Shown here: positions 1 through 12,740 of the stretch, one piece after another
Position numbering within the stretch: position 1 is the first letter of the stretch
Layout of the letters: the number at the start of each line of letters is the position of its first letter
DNA from: Scyliorhinus canicula
Taxonomy: Eukaryota
Reading direction: 5' to 3'
DNA length: 64,000 bases
NCBI RefSeq assembly: GCF_902713615.1
Contig: NW_024055909.1
Span: 1-64,000 of the forward strand
Notes under the pieces: generated by a model
Databases searched by the model: none
Seen by the model: only the letters and a program-made list of their open reading frames with translations
Told to the model about the DNA's origin: nothing
Made by a program: the position numbers and the translations under genes

Positions 1-1761
1 GAAGGATTTGACGTTTGTGGAAGTGACAGCAATGGAAGAGGCTGTTTTGACCTGTGTTCCTGGACTTGACTTGCTCTGGTAGAAACCATATTTATTGGGC
101 TATTCGATTTCAGTTTCTAGTCAATGGTCACACGCAGGGTATTTGATGCAGGGGGATTCCATTCAATGTCAAGTGGCGATGGTTTGATCCTCTCTTGGCC
201 ATTGCCTACACTTGTCATATATCAGTCAAACCTGAATGTAGTCCCGATCTTGTTGCGTTGTTCATAAGTTGCTTCAATATGTGAGGGGTCGTGAATGGTG
301 GTTTAATATTGTGCAATCAACAGAGAACATCCTCATTTCTGATTTTATGAATAAAATAGATAATTGATAAAGCAGCTAAAGATGGTTTGGCCCAGACCAC
401 TATGCTGAGGAATGTGGCAGGTTATTTTAAAGTAATAATTGAGACAGAGCCTCATGTAATACAAATAGGAACATGCTTAGGTTTAGTATCAGTGGATGCT
501 GGGTCTCGTGAAGTAACAATTGGCATGGACCATTTTCATATTAGCCGAGGTATTATTCAGTGCTAATGTAACTTCCTGAATGCTGGGCGTAATATAAGGA
601 GGGCCTTGGTTCAACATATTAACAGCTGGGATTCAGCCGAGTATGGTCATAACTGGGCTCTGCAGTCATAAAATCAGAAACGTGACCGAGCCTAATAGGT
701 AAAGTCGCCATAGTCCCAATGGACCACAGGTTACTTTCCTCTTTGAGGGCGAGAGATAGCTGGTGGGAATTAACCTGAGGCCAGGGGCAAGGTTGGGAAG
801 GCAAGTCCTTTAGGAATAACCTTAGCTAGTACGGGAATTCAACCCATGCTGTTGGACTGGTTTTGCATCACAAACCAGCTGTCTAACCAACTGAGCTAGC
901 CTAATACGGTGTCTCGTTTAATTTGAACACAGACAGGGTCCATTGTCGTAATAATTGAGACAATCTCTGCTTCATGTAATGTCAGCAACCACGGTGTCAC
1001 TGCCACCAACTGGTCAAACTATAGTATTGCAATTTCTGATTTAAAAAATAAATGTCATGGGGTGTGGGCCTCACTGGCTAGACCAACATTTGTTGACCAT
1101 CTCTAACCCCAAGAACTGATTAGCTTACTGTGCCATTATTTATATTTTAAAATTAATCTTTCAGCTATTGTAGGATTTGAACATATGGTGTCAGAAATTA
1201 GGCTGGGCATCTCAATTACTATCTCAGTGACATTACAGCTAACCCACTGCCGCCCCTTTAAACATAATCAGAGGGTGTGTTCAATGCAGAAGAAGACCCT
1301 TCCACCAGGCATGCATGTGCTGGCCCAATAAAGGGGCGATTTATCTAACACCACTCATTTATCTGTAAACTAGCATTGATTTTCTATTTGAGGTAACAAT
1401 CCAATTACCCTTTGAAAGCATCAGTTGACCCTTCTTCCCCCCCCCCCCCCCCCCCCACCACCACACACAATCAAACAGTTCAGTACACATCCTAACCATT
1501 GGTTGGGTGAAAATGTTTCTCTCATGGCTCCAAGATTCCTTTCCCAATTACCTTCAATCTGTGCCCTCTGGAACTCGACCCTCCCACCAATGGAAACTGT
1601 TCCTCCATATCTACTCTGTCTAGAACCGTCATAATTAGCAATACCTCTCTCAGATCACGTATTAACCTGCTCATCAAGGGCAGCAGTCGCTACTTCTCAA
1701 ATCTATCTTCGTGAATAAAGTTGCTTATCTCTGGATCCGTTCTCGTAAATATTATTAGGCA

Positions 1762-2222
1762 GGGGGTGATTCACCTAGACAGCGCCAATGTTCACAGGCA
1801 ACTTATTGAAAGCAGACACAAGTTGACAGAATCGGAGCTATTTTGAAAGTTTTACAGGAGGATTGAAACAGCTAGAGACATAGATAGATTAGGATCGATG
1901 AAGATAATCGATTAACCGAATACAATAGCAGATTGCTAAGTGTAAATCAGATGTATCGACAGTGCAATGGACAAACAGACAGAGGTATAGAGATGGCTAA
2001 AACAACCAATGTCATAAGATTCCGAAAAGCAAAACACCAAAAGACGCATTGGCCACATTGCTCTGCAGTGCCTCCTTTCCAATGAAGCATTCTGATGGAG
2101 GGAGAAGAGTTCGATGGAATTCCTTCGAAACATGGAATCTCCGTCACTTTCAGCATCAAAACTACAGTGAACTTTCAATGGGTTGTCTGTGAACATTGGC
2201 GCGGTCTGGGTGAATCACCCCC
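1762..2222. mobile_element. MITE-like non-autonomous DNA element with ~36-bp terminal inverted repeats
   Basis: 1762-1797 GGGGGTGATTCACCTAGACAGCGCCAATGTTCACAG is the reverse complement of 2187-2222 with 2 mismatches; similarity continues weakly ~15 bp inward; non-coding interior; no clear TSD. Confidence 0.55.
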
Positions 2223-2241
2223 ACCTTGATAATGAAACAAC

Positions 2242-5200
2242 GGGGAGGGGGGGGGAGGGGGACATCGCCATGGGGAGCGGGTCAGAAGGGGAGGGTCGAC
2301 CCGGGGCGAGCAGGGAACAGGACATGGCTAATCGGCAGGGGAAGGGGGCGGGTCGTCCCGCGACCCGGCTGATCACTTGGAACGTGAGGGGGCTGAATGG
2401 GCCGGTCAAGAGATCAAGGGTATTCTCACACCTGAAGGGACTGAAGGCTGATGTAGCAATGTTACAGGAGACCCATTTGAAGGTAGTGGACCAGGTTCGC
2501 CTGAGAAGGGGGTGGGGTGGGACAGGTGTTCCACTCTGGATTGGACGCAAAGAACCGGGGGGTGGCGATTCTGGTGGGAAAGAGGGTGTCGTTCGTGGCG
2601 GAGGAGGTGGTGGCGGATAAGGAGGGTAGGTATGTGATGGTGAAGGGTAAGCTGCAGGGGGAGAAAGTGGTGATGGTCAACGTATATGCCCCGAACTGGG
2701 ATGACGCGGGTTTTATGAGGCGCCTATTGGGCCTCATTCCGGGACTGGAGGCAGGGGGCTTGATCATGGGGGGGGACTTTAACACAGTGCTGGACCCCGG
2801 GCTAGACAGATCGAGCTCAAGGACCAATAGGAGGCCGGCAGCGGCAGAAGTGCTGAGGGGGTACATGGAGCAGATGGGAGGAGTAGACCCATGGAGGTTT
2901 GGTAGGCCGAGGGCGAGGGAGTATTCCTTTTTCTCCCACGTCCATAGAGTGTACTCCAGAATCGATTTCTTCGTGTTGAGCAGGGGGCTGATCCCGAGGG
3001 TACGGGAAGCTGAGTACTCGGCCATCGCGATCTCTGATCATGCACCACATTGGGTGGATGTGGAAATGGGGGAGGCGCGGGACCAGCACCCGCTGTGGCG
3101 GCTGGATGTGGGGCTGTTAGCGGACGACGAGGTGTGTAAAAGGGTCCGGAAGAGCATTGAGAGCTATCTGGACTTGAATGACACGGGTGAGGTGCAGGTG
3201 GGGATGGTCTGGGAGGCCCTGAAGGCAGTGATCAGGGGAGAGCTGATCTCCATAAGGGCGCACAGAGAAAGAAAGGAGAGGCAGGAGAGGGAGAGGCTGG
3301 TGGGGGAGCTATTGGAAGTGGATAGGAGATATGAGGAGGCACCAGAGGAGGGGCTGCTGGGAGAACGGCGCAGCCTGCAGGTCAAGTTCGACCTGCTGAC
3401 CACCAGGAAGGCAGAGACGCAGTGGAGAAGGGCACAGGGCGCGGTCTATGAGTATGGGGAAAAGGCGAGCAGGATGCTGGCACACCAGCTTCGCAAACGA
3501 GATGCGGCTAGGGAGATTGGGGGAGTGAAGGAGAGGGGCGGGAAGGTAGTGCAGGAGGGGCAAGAAGTGAATGGGGTCTTCAGGGATTTTTACAAGGAGT
3601 TGTATCGGTCTGAGCCGCCGACGAGGAGAGGGGGAATGGAGGACTTCCTAAACAAATTGAGGTTCCCAAGGGTCCAGGAGGGGCTGGTAGAAGGGCTGGG
3701 GGCGCCAATAGGGCTAGAGGAGCTAGTCAAGGGAATAGGTCAGATGCAAGTGGGGAAGGCGCCGGGGCCAGATGGGTTCCCGGTGGAATTCTACAAGAAA
3801 AATGTGGACTTGGTGGGACCGGTACTGGTACGAGCCTTTAATGAGGCGCGAGAGGGGGGGGTTCTGCCCCCGACAATGTCGCAGGCTCTGATCTCCCTGA
3901 TATTGAAGCGGGATAAAGACCCCGTGCAGTGCGGGTCCTACAGGCCTATCTCGCTTCTGAACGTGGATGCCAAGTTGCTGGCAAAGATCCTGGCAGCTAG
4001 AATAGAGGATTGTGTGCCAGGGGTAATCCATGAGGACCAGACAGGGTTCGTGAAGGGGCGGCAGCTCAACACGAACGTGCGGAGATTGCTGAATGTAATT
4101 ATGATGCCGGCAGTGGAGGGGGAGGCTGAGATAGTGGTAGCGCTGGACGCGGAGAAGGCATTCGATAGGGTGGAGTGGGAGTACCTGTGGGAGACGTTGG
4201 AACGGTTTGGGTTTGGGGAAGGGTTTATTAAGTGGGTGAAGTTGCTCTACTCGGCCCCGACGGCGAGTGTAGTGACAAACGGGAGGAGGTCGGAGTATTT
4301 CGGGCTCCACCGAGGGACCAGGCAGGGATGTCCCCTATCCCCCCTACTTTTCGCACTGGCGATTGAACCGTTGGCGATGGCACTGAGGGGTTCAGGGGGG
4401 TGGAGAGGACTGACTAGGGGAGGGGAGGAACATCGAGTATCGCTGTATGCGGATGATCTACTGCTGTACGTGGCAGACCCAGAAGGGGGAATGCCGGAGA
4501 TAATGGAACTATTAGCAGAGTTTGGGGACTTTTCGGGGTACAAACTAAATTTGGGCAAAAGCGAGGTTTTTGTGATACACCCGGGGGATCAGGGAGAGGG
4601 TATTGGAGACTCCCCTTCAAGCGAGCAGGAAAGAGCTTTAGGTACTTAGGGGTGCAGGTGGCAAGGAACTGGGGGACCCTCCACAAGTTGAACTTTTCCA
4701 GGCTGGGTGGAACAGATGGAGGAGGAATTTAAGAGGTGGGACATGGTACCGTTGTCGCTGGCGGGGAGGGTGCAGTCAATCAAAATGACGGTCCTCCCAA
4801 GGTTCTTGTTTTTATTTCAGTGCTTGCCCATCTTCCTCCCTAGGGCCTTCTTCAAAAAGGTGACGAGTAGCATCATGAGCTACGTGTGGGCGCATGGCAC
4901 CCCAAGGGTGAGAAGGGTCTTTTTGGAGCGGAGTAGGGACAGTGGAGAGCTGGCACTACCCAATCTCTCGGGGTATTACTGGGCGGCAAATGTGTCAATG
5001 GTGCGCAAGTGGATGATGGAAGGGGAGGGGGCAGCTTGGCAACGAATGGAGAGGGCGTCCTGTGGCAACACAAGCCTGGGGGCCCTAGTAACGGCACCAT
5101 GGCCGCTCCCCCCCACGAGGTACACCACGAGCACGGTGGTGGCGGCCACCCTCAAGATATGGGGGCAGTGGAGGCGACACAGGGGTGAAATGGGAGGTCT

Positions 5201-6486
5201 GTTGGCGGCGCCAATAAGAGGGAACCATAGATTCATCCCGGGGAACATCGACGGGGGATTTCAGAGCTGGTACAGGGTGGGCATACGGCAGCTGAAGGAC
5301 TTGTTTATAGAGGGGAGGTTTGCGAGCCTGGGAGGGCTGGAGGAGAAGTTTGAGCTCCCCCCGGGAAACATGTTCAGATATTTACAAGTGAAGGCATTTG
5401 CTAGGCGGCAGGTGGAGGGGTTCCCCCTGCTCCCCAGTAAGGGGGCGAGTGATAGGGTGCTCTCGGGGGTCTGGGTCGGAGGGGGGAAGATATCAGACAT
5501 CTACAAGATAATGCAGGAGGCGGAAGAAGCATCAGGGGAGGAGCTGAAAGCCAAGTGGGAAGTTGGAGCTGGGAGAGCAGATAGAAGACGGGACGTGGGC
5601 GGATGCACTGGAGAAGGTCAATTCTTCCTCCTCGTGTGCGAGGCTGAGCCTCATTCAATTTAAGGTGCTGCATAGAGCTCACATGACGGGGACAAGGATG
5701 AGCCGGTTCTTTGGGGGTGAGGACAGGTGTGTCAGATGTCTGGGAGGCCCAGCGAACCATGTGCATATGTTCTGGGCATGTCCGGTGCTGGAAGGGTTCT
5801 GGAAGGGGTGGCAAGGGCGGTGTCGAAGGTGGTGGGGTCCAGGGTCAAACCAGGATGGGGGCTTGCGATCTTTGGGGTTGGGGTAGAACCGGGGGTACAG
5901 GAGGCCAGGGAGGCCGGAATACTGGCCTTTGCGTCCCTAGTGGCTCGACGAAGGATATTAATTCAATGGAAGGACGCGAGGCCTCCAAGCGTTGAAACTT
6001 GGATTAACGATATGGCTAGCTATATTCAGCTAGAAAGGATCAAATTTGCCCTGAGAGGGTCGGTACAGGGATTCTCCAGGCGGGTGGCAACCTTTCCTTG
6101 ACTTTTTAGATCAGAGATAGGCGTACGGGGTCGTGGCAGCAGCAACCGGGGGGGGGGGGAGGGGGGGGGGGAGGGGAGAGGGGGGAGGGGAGGGGAGGGG
6201 AGGGGAGGGGAAGGGGTGGCAGCAATGGTCGTGGGGGGACATGCACGACTGTAACGCGGGCAAGTCTGCTCGCTGCTCATGTCTGAAACTGTAGGCTGCC
6301 TTGTTTGTTAAGTTGTGCTTGGGGGCGGGGGTGGGGGGGGGGGGGGGGGGAGGACTGGTGCGCGCGAGAGGGCTGGGCGAGGGAGGGATATTTGCCTAGA
6401 GGGATTGTGTTGTAAATAATTTAAAAATTAGTAGGGGTAAATGTCTGTATGGAAAAACTCTTTCAATAAAAATTATTTAAAAAAAA
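2242..6486 (+). mobile_element. L1/Tx1-clade LINE, 5'-truncated (no ORF1); ORF2 with APE endonuclease + reverse transcriptase, several frameshifts
   Basis: ORF2 from ATG 2324 (ITWNVRGLN...LQETH, NVYAPN, GGDFN, SRIDFF, SDHAP; RT motifs GTRQGCPLSP, YADD) to ~6101, split across track ORFs 2183/2517/4707/5563/5727; G-rich 3'UTR, AATAAA and A-tail at ~6464-6486; 14-bp TSD GATAATGAAACAAC at 2228-2241 and 6487-6500. Confidence 0.95.
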
Positions 6487-6828
6487 GATAATGAAACAAC
6501 ATTGCGTTTAATGCCCGCCCATTCTTATTCCCGAGACATGAGTCGTTGTTCAGTTGTTAATTCCTAAAACAGGTGTTGATGGATTTGTGAATATTAAGGT
6601 AATCAGGAATTTTGGATAGCTCAGGAAGTTAAATGTCAGGTCAAACAATCAGGATCTTATTGAATGGTGGAGCAGGTTAGAAAGACCAAATGGCCCACAC
6701 GAAATCCTATTTCTTGTCATCTTCTGTTCTTCTGTCCAATTAGCTGTTGTGGGAACAGTTTCAAGTGGTTCGATATTCATTGCTCTGACGTCGTGGATTG
6801 GCGGAAAGCAATGAACGTTAATCTAATT

Positions 6829-7147
6829 GGGCATATGGTGGCATAGTGGTTAGCACTGCTGCCTGACATCGCCAGGGACTCAGGTTCGATTCCGACCTCG
6901 GGTATCTGTCCGTGTGGAGATTGTCCATTCTCCCCGTGTTTGCGTGGGTTTCCCGCGGGTGCTCTGCTTTTCTCCCACAGTGCAAAGATGTGCAGGTTAG
7001 CTGGATTAACCATGCTAAGGGACCATGCCCCTTCGGGTGGAGTTTCAGGGAAATTGGCCCCAGATAGGATGGTCTTTCGAAAGGACGGAGCAGACTGTAT
7101 GGGCCGAATGGCCTCCTTCTGTACTGTCGGGATTCTGTGATTCTATT
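6829..7147 (+). mobile_element. tRNA-derived shark SINE (older HE1-like family)
   Basis: A-box/B-box head (TAGTGGTTAGCA...GGTTCGATTCC), core GTGTGGAG...GCGTGGGTTTCC, CR1-like tail ATGGGCCGAATGGCCTCCTTCTGT. Confidence 0.85.
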
Positions 7148-7164
7148 CCTTGCAGGACAAAAGA

Positions 7165-7495
7165 ACAGCACGGTAGCATGGTGGTTAGCATAAATGCTTC
7201 ACAGCTCCAGTGTCCCAGGTTCGATTCCTGGCTGGGTCACTGTCTGTTGCGGCGTCTGCACGTCCTCCCCGTGTGCGCGTGGGTTTCCTCCGGGTGCTCC
7301 GGTTTCCTCCCACAGTCCAAAGATGTGCGGGTTAGGTGGATTGGCCATGCTAAATTGCCCGTAGTGTCCTAAAAAGTAAGTTGTTGGGTTACGGGTATAG
7401 GGTGGATACGTGGGTTTTGAGTAGGGTGATCATTACTCGGCACAACATCGAGGGCCGAAGGGCCTGTTCTGTGCTGTACTGTTCTATGTTCTATC
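7165..7495 (+). mobile_element. Young tRNA-derived SINE with (TTCTATG)n tail
   Basis: Near-identical to copies at 27967, 36503 and 55237; tail GGGCCGAAGGGCCTGTTCTGTGCTGTACTGTTCTATG matches the CR1 3' end at ~45230-45268. Confidence 0.9.
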
Positions 7496-7627
7496 TAACT
7501 GTGAGCTGATTGGGTGTCACCTGTTGACTGTCAGGAATGAACCAATCGGCACAGAGACCGGAGCGTCTGACGTAAAATAATTCAGGGCTAACTCGCTCTG
7601 TTCAAATCCACCATCAGTTCTGTGGAC

Positions 7628-8181
7628 ATGTTGGGAGTTACTTTTTACTCATTCCTCTCAATTGCGGCTCTCTTAGCCTGTAATAGCCCAAGTTACACAA
7701 CTTTCACGTTATACTGACATAGTAATCTTCCCTTTAACTGTTTATTCACTATATTTACAAAACATGCCGGTTCCTTGATAACATTAATATAACAGAATGA
7801 TTTTTTAAATCTCTTTGTTTCTAAATTTCTGCAGGTGTTAGTGGTGTAGATTCAATCTCACAGGAACCGGTTACACTGACACCGTTTGAAGGAGATTCGG
7901 TGACAGTTAACTACAACTATCCGACCATTGCTGCTTCATATTCCTTACAGCTGTACCGCCTGGATCGGGAGAAAGCCCCCATCTTCTTGATGCACATTCC
8001 TAATTCCGGAGCAGTTTCCAGAGCAGTGGGTGCGGGGTATCGATTTTCTGCAATCTCTGGATATTTCGAAAAGTGAGGGGAAATTCACCATCCGGGAGCT
8101 GCGGCTGTCTGACAGCGCGGTGTATTACTGCGGACGTAAAGACACAGTGACAGCAACCAGAGGGAGCCTCGTACAGAACCA
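7628..8181 (+). pseudogene. TCR alpha/delta V pseudogene (V1)
   Basis: Leader 7628-7679 (MLGVTFYSFLSIAALLA), V exon from 7835 (VDSISQEPVTLTPFEGDSVTVNY...); Cys23>Tyr, Trp41>Leu, frameshift near 8055, then FTIRELRLSDSAVYYCGRK; RSS CACAGTG 8143-8149, 23 bp, ACAGAACCA. Confidence 0.9.
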
Positions 8182-8371
8182 ACTCTGTGGTGAAACAGAG
8201 GGAATAGCGGGCAGGAGAGAGTGTGTGTGGGAGGGGGGGGGGGGGGGGGGGGCGAGTGGGGGGGGGGGGGGGGCGCGGTTGGGACATGGACTTTCCAAAA
8301 TTCGCAGCAGATTCCTCTGTCTTCAAATAAATCCAAAAGGTTAACAAGCCGAGAGGAACAGGTACAACTTT

Positions 8372-8676
8372 GAACATACAGTGCAGAAGGAGGCCATTCA
8401 GCCCATCGCGTCTGCCCTCACCTATACCCTATCCCCGTAACCCAATAACTCCTCCTCATCTTTCTGGACACTAAGGGCAATTTAGCATGGCCAATCCACC
8501 TCACCTGCCTGCACGTCTTTGGGCCGTGGGAGGAAACCAGAGCATTTGGAAGAAGGCCACGCTGACACGGGGAGAAAGTGCAGACTCCGTACAGACAGCG
8601 ACCCAGCGGGGAATCTAACCTGGGACTCTGGAGCTGTGAAGCCACAGTGCTAACCACTTGTGCTACCGTGCTGCCG
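8372..8676 (-). mobile_element. tRNA-derived SINE (older family)
   Basis: Reverse complement of the SINE head/core/tail seen at 6829 and 7165. Confidence 0.85.
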
Positions 8677-9558
8677 TTTGGGAAAGGTTTCCTTTGTTTC
8701 ATTTACATTGAATATATTTTGAGCATAATGTAAAGATGTGCTTGGAGAATCTATGCCACTTTGTAAATTGAAGATATTACGAAATAAATGCTGAGCTAAA
8801 GATGTGATATTGCCTTCCAGCCGTTAAAACAGGTGAACATAACAGGTAACATAGCAGGTATATAACACTGGGAAGTATAGAAACGCAGAACAGCTTTGTA
8901 CGTGCATAAAGATGTATGCGATGTGTTTGGATTCCCAAACGCGTCTTGTGATTATAGCAAACTAGCTGGTGCTCTTTTCAATGAGGCGTTTGTATTCAGC
9001 TGATTTTCCTGTGCCTGAAACACACCTAGCCTGTCTTTAGAGGCCACTTGCTTATTAATCATTGTTCATCAGATTCAAATCATGACCTGAAAATAATCTG
9101 TTTGTGTTTGTTTATGATAAGAATTCTTAGTTGTATTATGCGGAAGGAATTTAACATTGTGAGCTTTATAATCAGGGTACTGTAGTTAATAGAATGTTCC
9201 TCAGCTGGCGGACTTCAGTTTACACTATGACGATATGTCAAAGCCAATATTATTTGTTCCTTGTCAAGAGCTCTTTCTGAACATCGAATCAGGAACATAC
9301 CAAGTTCCAGACCGTCTGCAGCGTTTTGTATTCTCAATTTTCGTGGCGGGTTCCTAGAGATGCCCAAACAAACTGCCTCAAATTCCTGCCTCGCACAATG
9401 GATGGAATAATCAGATGGAATCGGTCATTGATATGAACTATGTTAGATGGCGTTTATGTGTATTGTGTTCGGAGTCTGTGCTCACACTGAGTCAGTATCT
9501 GAGCCGTTGTTATAAACAACCTTCAACAGACAGCAGCTGTGACCCAGAAACCTGCGGC

Positions 9559-10225
9559 AGTTTTTATTCGAGATTTTCCCTCGTTCCATCACTGTGAGAT
9601 TCTGTGCACAGTAATAGACCGCGGTGTCAGACAGCCGCATCTCCAAGATGGTCAATCGGTACAACTTGTCTGCCTGCTGGACTGCATCAGAAAACCGGTC
9701 CTGAGCGAAATCCGCCGTCAATACAGCACCGCGGCCCGTGTGCCTTGGATTCATGTCACATTACACTCACCCCCATGATCTGGCCTGGGTTTGCGAAACC
9801 CTCCAACTGTCCTGGCCTGAGACAATTCACATCTCTTTAACCTGTGATTACCCTCTCTCCAGTCGCACCGTCTGGACCTGTAAAGGCGTAATTACAGGCA
9901 AAGACTGCATTCAAAGTATTGTCTTGCATCGCTGACTTTGTCTGTATATATACTTCTGAACAACCTTTCATTCACCTGATGAAGGAGCAGTGCTCCGAAA
10001 GCTAGTAATTTGAATCAAACGTTGGGAAGTTAACCTGGTGATGTAAGACTTCTTACTGCTGTGCCTCCGGACACGCAAACTCGGGCAGTCTGTCTGGGTT
10101 TGACGGTCCCAGAATAATAATAAGGCATCCTCGGTATAGGTACAGGTTGAAGTGACATCTCCTCTCTCGTCTGTGTGAGTGAGGATTCTCTCCGAGTCAC
10201 AGAATCTCCATCGGTCAGACATTAG
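9559..10225 (-). pseudogene. TCR alpha/delta V pseudogene (V2) split by a Penelope-like insertion
   Basis: 5' half 10060-10225 (GDSVT...TCTYTEDALLLFWDRQ...VRRH), 3' half 9597-9745 (TGRGAVLTADFAQDRF...LTILEMRLSDTAVYYCAQNL); RSS CACAGTG 9590-9596, 22 bp, ATAAAAACT; frameshift in FR1; leader not found. Confidence 0.85.
9746..10059 (+). mobile_element. Penelope-like element 3' fragment
   Basis: Begins with the LGFMSHY* ORF end typical of Penelope GIY-YIG ORFs; ends in CCTGATGAAGGAGCAGTGCTCCGAAAGC...GTAAGACTTCTTACTG, shared with 56700-56780; flanked by TGTGCCT at 9739-9745 and 10060-10066. Confidence 0.75.
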
Positions 10226-10647
10226 AGCACGTAATGAAAGCGGAAATCGTCGATTAAAACTTCAACTGAACTGTACTGAGGGTTGCAAAGGTAGTTCCTG
10301 TTATCTAAAACTAAACGAGTTTTCCAGCGCAAAGAAGCTATTCAGCTGAACTGGTCAAGTTCCTTCCACTTCATCCCGGTGAATCAGGAAAACTTCCCGG
10401 CCCTTCCTCCCTCGCCTGCTTACCTATTGCCCTTATTGCATCTTCACCAATCTCAACTGCTCCTTGTGAGTTCTACTTTCTAACCGCTCTCCTGATAAAG
10501 ATGTTTCTCTTGAATTCCAGATTGGATCATGTGGATCTCTTATATTTATGAATGTTAGTTTTAGAATCATCCATAAGTATTAGCGACTTGTCCAAGTAAC
10601 TCTCATCCGAAATTCTTCTCAGTTTAGAGCAGCCTATTTGTTTACTT

Positions 10648-10702
10648 CTGAGTCTTACCTTCACTCGAGGAGGTCCCCTCCTCGAGTGAAGGTAAGACTC
10701 AG
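10648..10702. repeat. Perfect 26-bp inverted repeat with 3-nt loop
   Basis: CTGAGTCTTACCTTCACTCGAGGAGG-TCC-CCTCCTCGAGTGAAGGTAAGACTCAG. Confidence 0.95.
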
Positions 10703-12258
10703 CCAGTCTGTACAGCGTTCCCTTAATGGGTGGAATCACTCAGTTACAGATTCGCCATTGTCGTGTGATTTTTCTATTGTGTTTTCTGTCCCCATGTTCC
10801 ACCGATGAGGAAGTGACCAGAAATGCTCGCAATCGATCAGAACCCAGAGTCAGTATAGATTTTTTCCTCCTCAAGTTTCCATTTGTCAAATTTATTACAC
10901 CAAAGAGAAATTCGTTAAAAAAATTAAACATCTACAGATAATTAATATAACCCGACCATTGTGAGAACGGAGAGCGACATTGTTGCTTCAGCGTTTTCCA
11001 GAGATTTATTATTCATCTCAGAAACCTGTGCAAATGTAATCAAAAACTGAGACTATTGGCTGAAGCTTGACTGAAGCCACTTCCTGCGGAACATATGACA
11101 GGAACATCGCCTCGAGAGCTGCGTCTGATTGGCCGGATATTATTTCTGTAATCACAAGTCTGTGTTTATTGCAAAGGCTGAAATCTAATCGTACATTTCG
11201 TTGATCACTAACAGAATGGTAAAAATCAACAAAGTTTGATCTCGAATTGACCTCAGCGACTGTTTAATCAGTAATTGTCCTGAAAGCTGTTCTCTGGAAG
11301 GATAACAGTTTGGATGCAGATGAAGATGTTCTATATATTCAGTCTCTGTCACGAAATAAACTGAACTGGCTGCCGGGAAGAGTGTGGGGGGAGGAGGGGG
11401 GGGGGGGGGTATAACTGTAGTTATCATCTTATGTATTGTAAAGTTCCTCCATCAAAGAGCTCCAGCCATCGTATTTGTCTGTTTACTGTGGTGGGAGCGG
11501 TTACGGGTTCCGTTTTATTACTATTATAATGTACTTTAATGCAGCTGAATATACCCAGGAACTAATGTTAAATTATGTTTAAATCGCAGTGAAGTAACAT
11601 ATTTTGGACACGTATTGTGTTATATTCAATTGATTATATCGTTTTCCCTCAATTATTTAATATTTTAATATATTATTATTTATATCTTATTTTTCTTCCC
11701 ATTTAAATTCCTGCGTCTACTTTATGCTTTTTTTCTCACTATGTTCCTTTGATTCTCTGTTTCTGTTGTTATCTGTTGTTTGTCTCTCTTCGTTTCTCCG
11801 ACCTTATTGTCTCCATATCACGGCACCGGGTCTCTTCATGTTGGTGAATTCGTTGAAACGGGAATTTGAGATTAATTGATTTTCTACCCTCCGAAATTGA
11901 ATGCCATGTGAAATAACGAAAACGAGACAGTGAAAGTGTCTTTGTGTGTGTGAGAGAGAGAGGCGAGATACCGACAGAGAAGCCGAACAGCAGAGAGAGA
12001 CAGACACGAAGAGAAAGCTGAGAGGACACCAAGGCAGCGAAAATGCTAAAGGAGTTTATTAGCCCAGGAGCAAGAACGATTGGTGCCCGACTCTCACGGG
12101 CACTGAGGGACTAGCCAATCCTGACCTTGGGAAACGCCCCTCAGAATCACATTGCGTGAAATCTGCAGCTGATTGGAGATTGCTCTTTAACATCAGACTA
12201 GAACTACAACGTAATTTCAAACATGATTTTATTCCTTTCCAACCTTAAACCAGGCACC

Positions 12259-12740
12259 ATGTTCTCCTCACATTGCTTCATGGTGATTCTCATCATCCTG
12301 CCCAGTGAGTCAATATTTACTATAATATTCAATATCACACATGCACATGTTCCATATGTTATGTTCACTCCCAGACGTTTCAAACATTGTTTGTCTTGTT
12401 ACAGGAACAAATGGCAAAGAAGCAGTGTTCCAGGATCGATCTGAATTAAAGGTTCCGGAAGGACAGAACGTAACACTGGATTGTAGATACTCGACAGCTG
12501 CTCTTCGAACTCTGTTCTGGTACATCCAGTATCCGGGAAAGCTCCAAAATATTTAATGACATATATAGCTCTGGGGAAGAATTCTCCAAATTTACCAGCC
12601 AGGTTCTTGGCGGTTTTGCATAAAGAAAACACAACGGTTCCTTTAACTATCACCGGGGCTCTTCTCTCCGACTGCGCCGTGTATTTCTGTGCCATAGAGC
12701 CCACACTGCACAGAGATATAGCAGCTGCCGTACAATAACC
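12259..12740 (+). pseudogene. TCR alpha/delta V segment (V3) with a single 1-bp frameshift
   Basis: Leader 12259-12304 (MFSSHCFMVILIILP) GTGAGT; V exon from 12405 (TNGKEAVFQ...TLDC...LFWYIQYPGK), one base missing at GGAAAGCTCC ~12540, then APKYLM...LSDCAVYFCAIEP; RSS CACACTG 12702-12708, 23 bp, ACAATAACC 12732-12740. Confidence 0.9.

Noticed and set aside
6840-6900. tRNA genes at SINE heads
   Set aside because: A/B boxes are present but no complete cloverleaf, and each continues into SINE core and tail.
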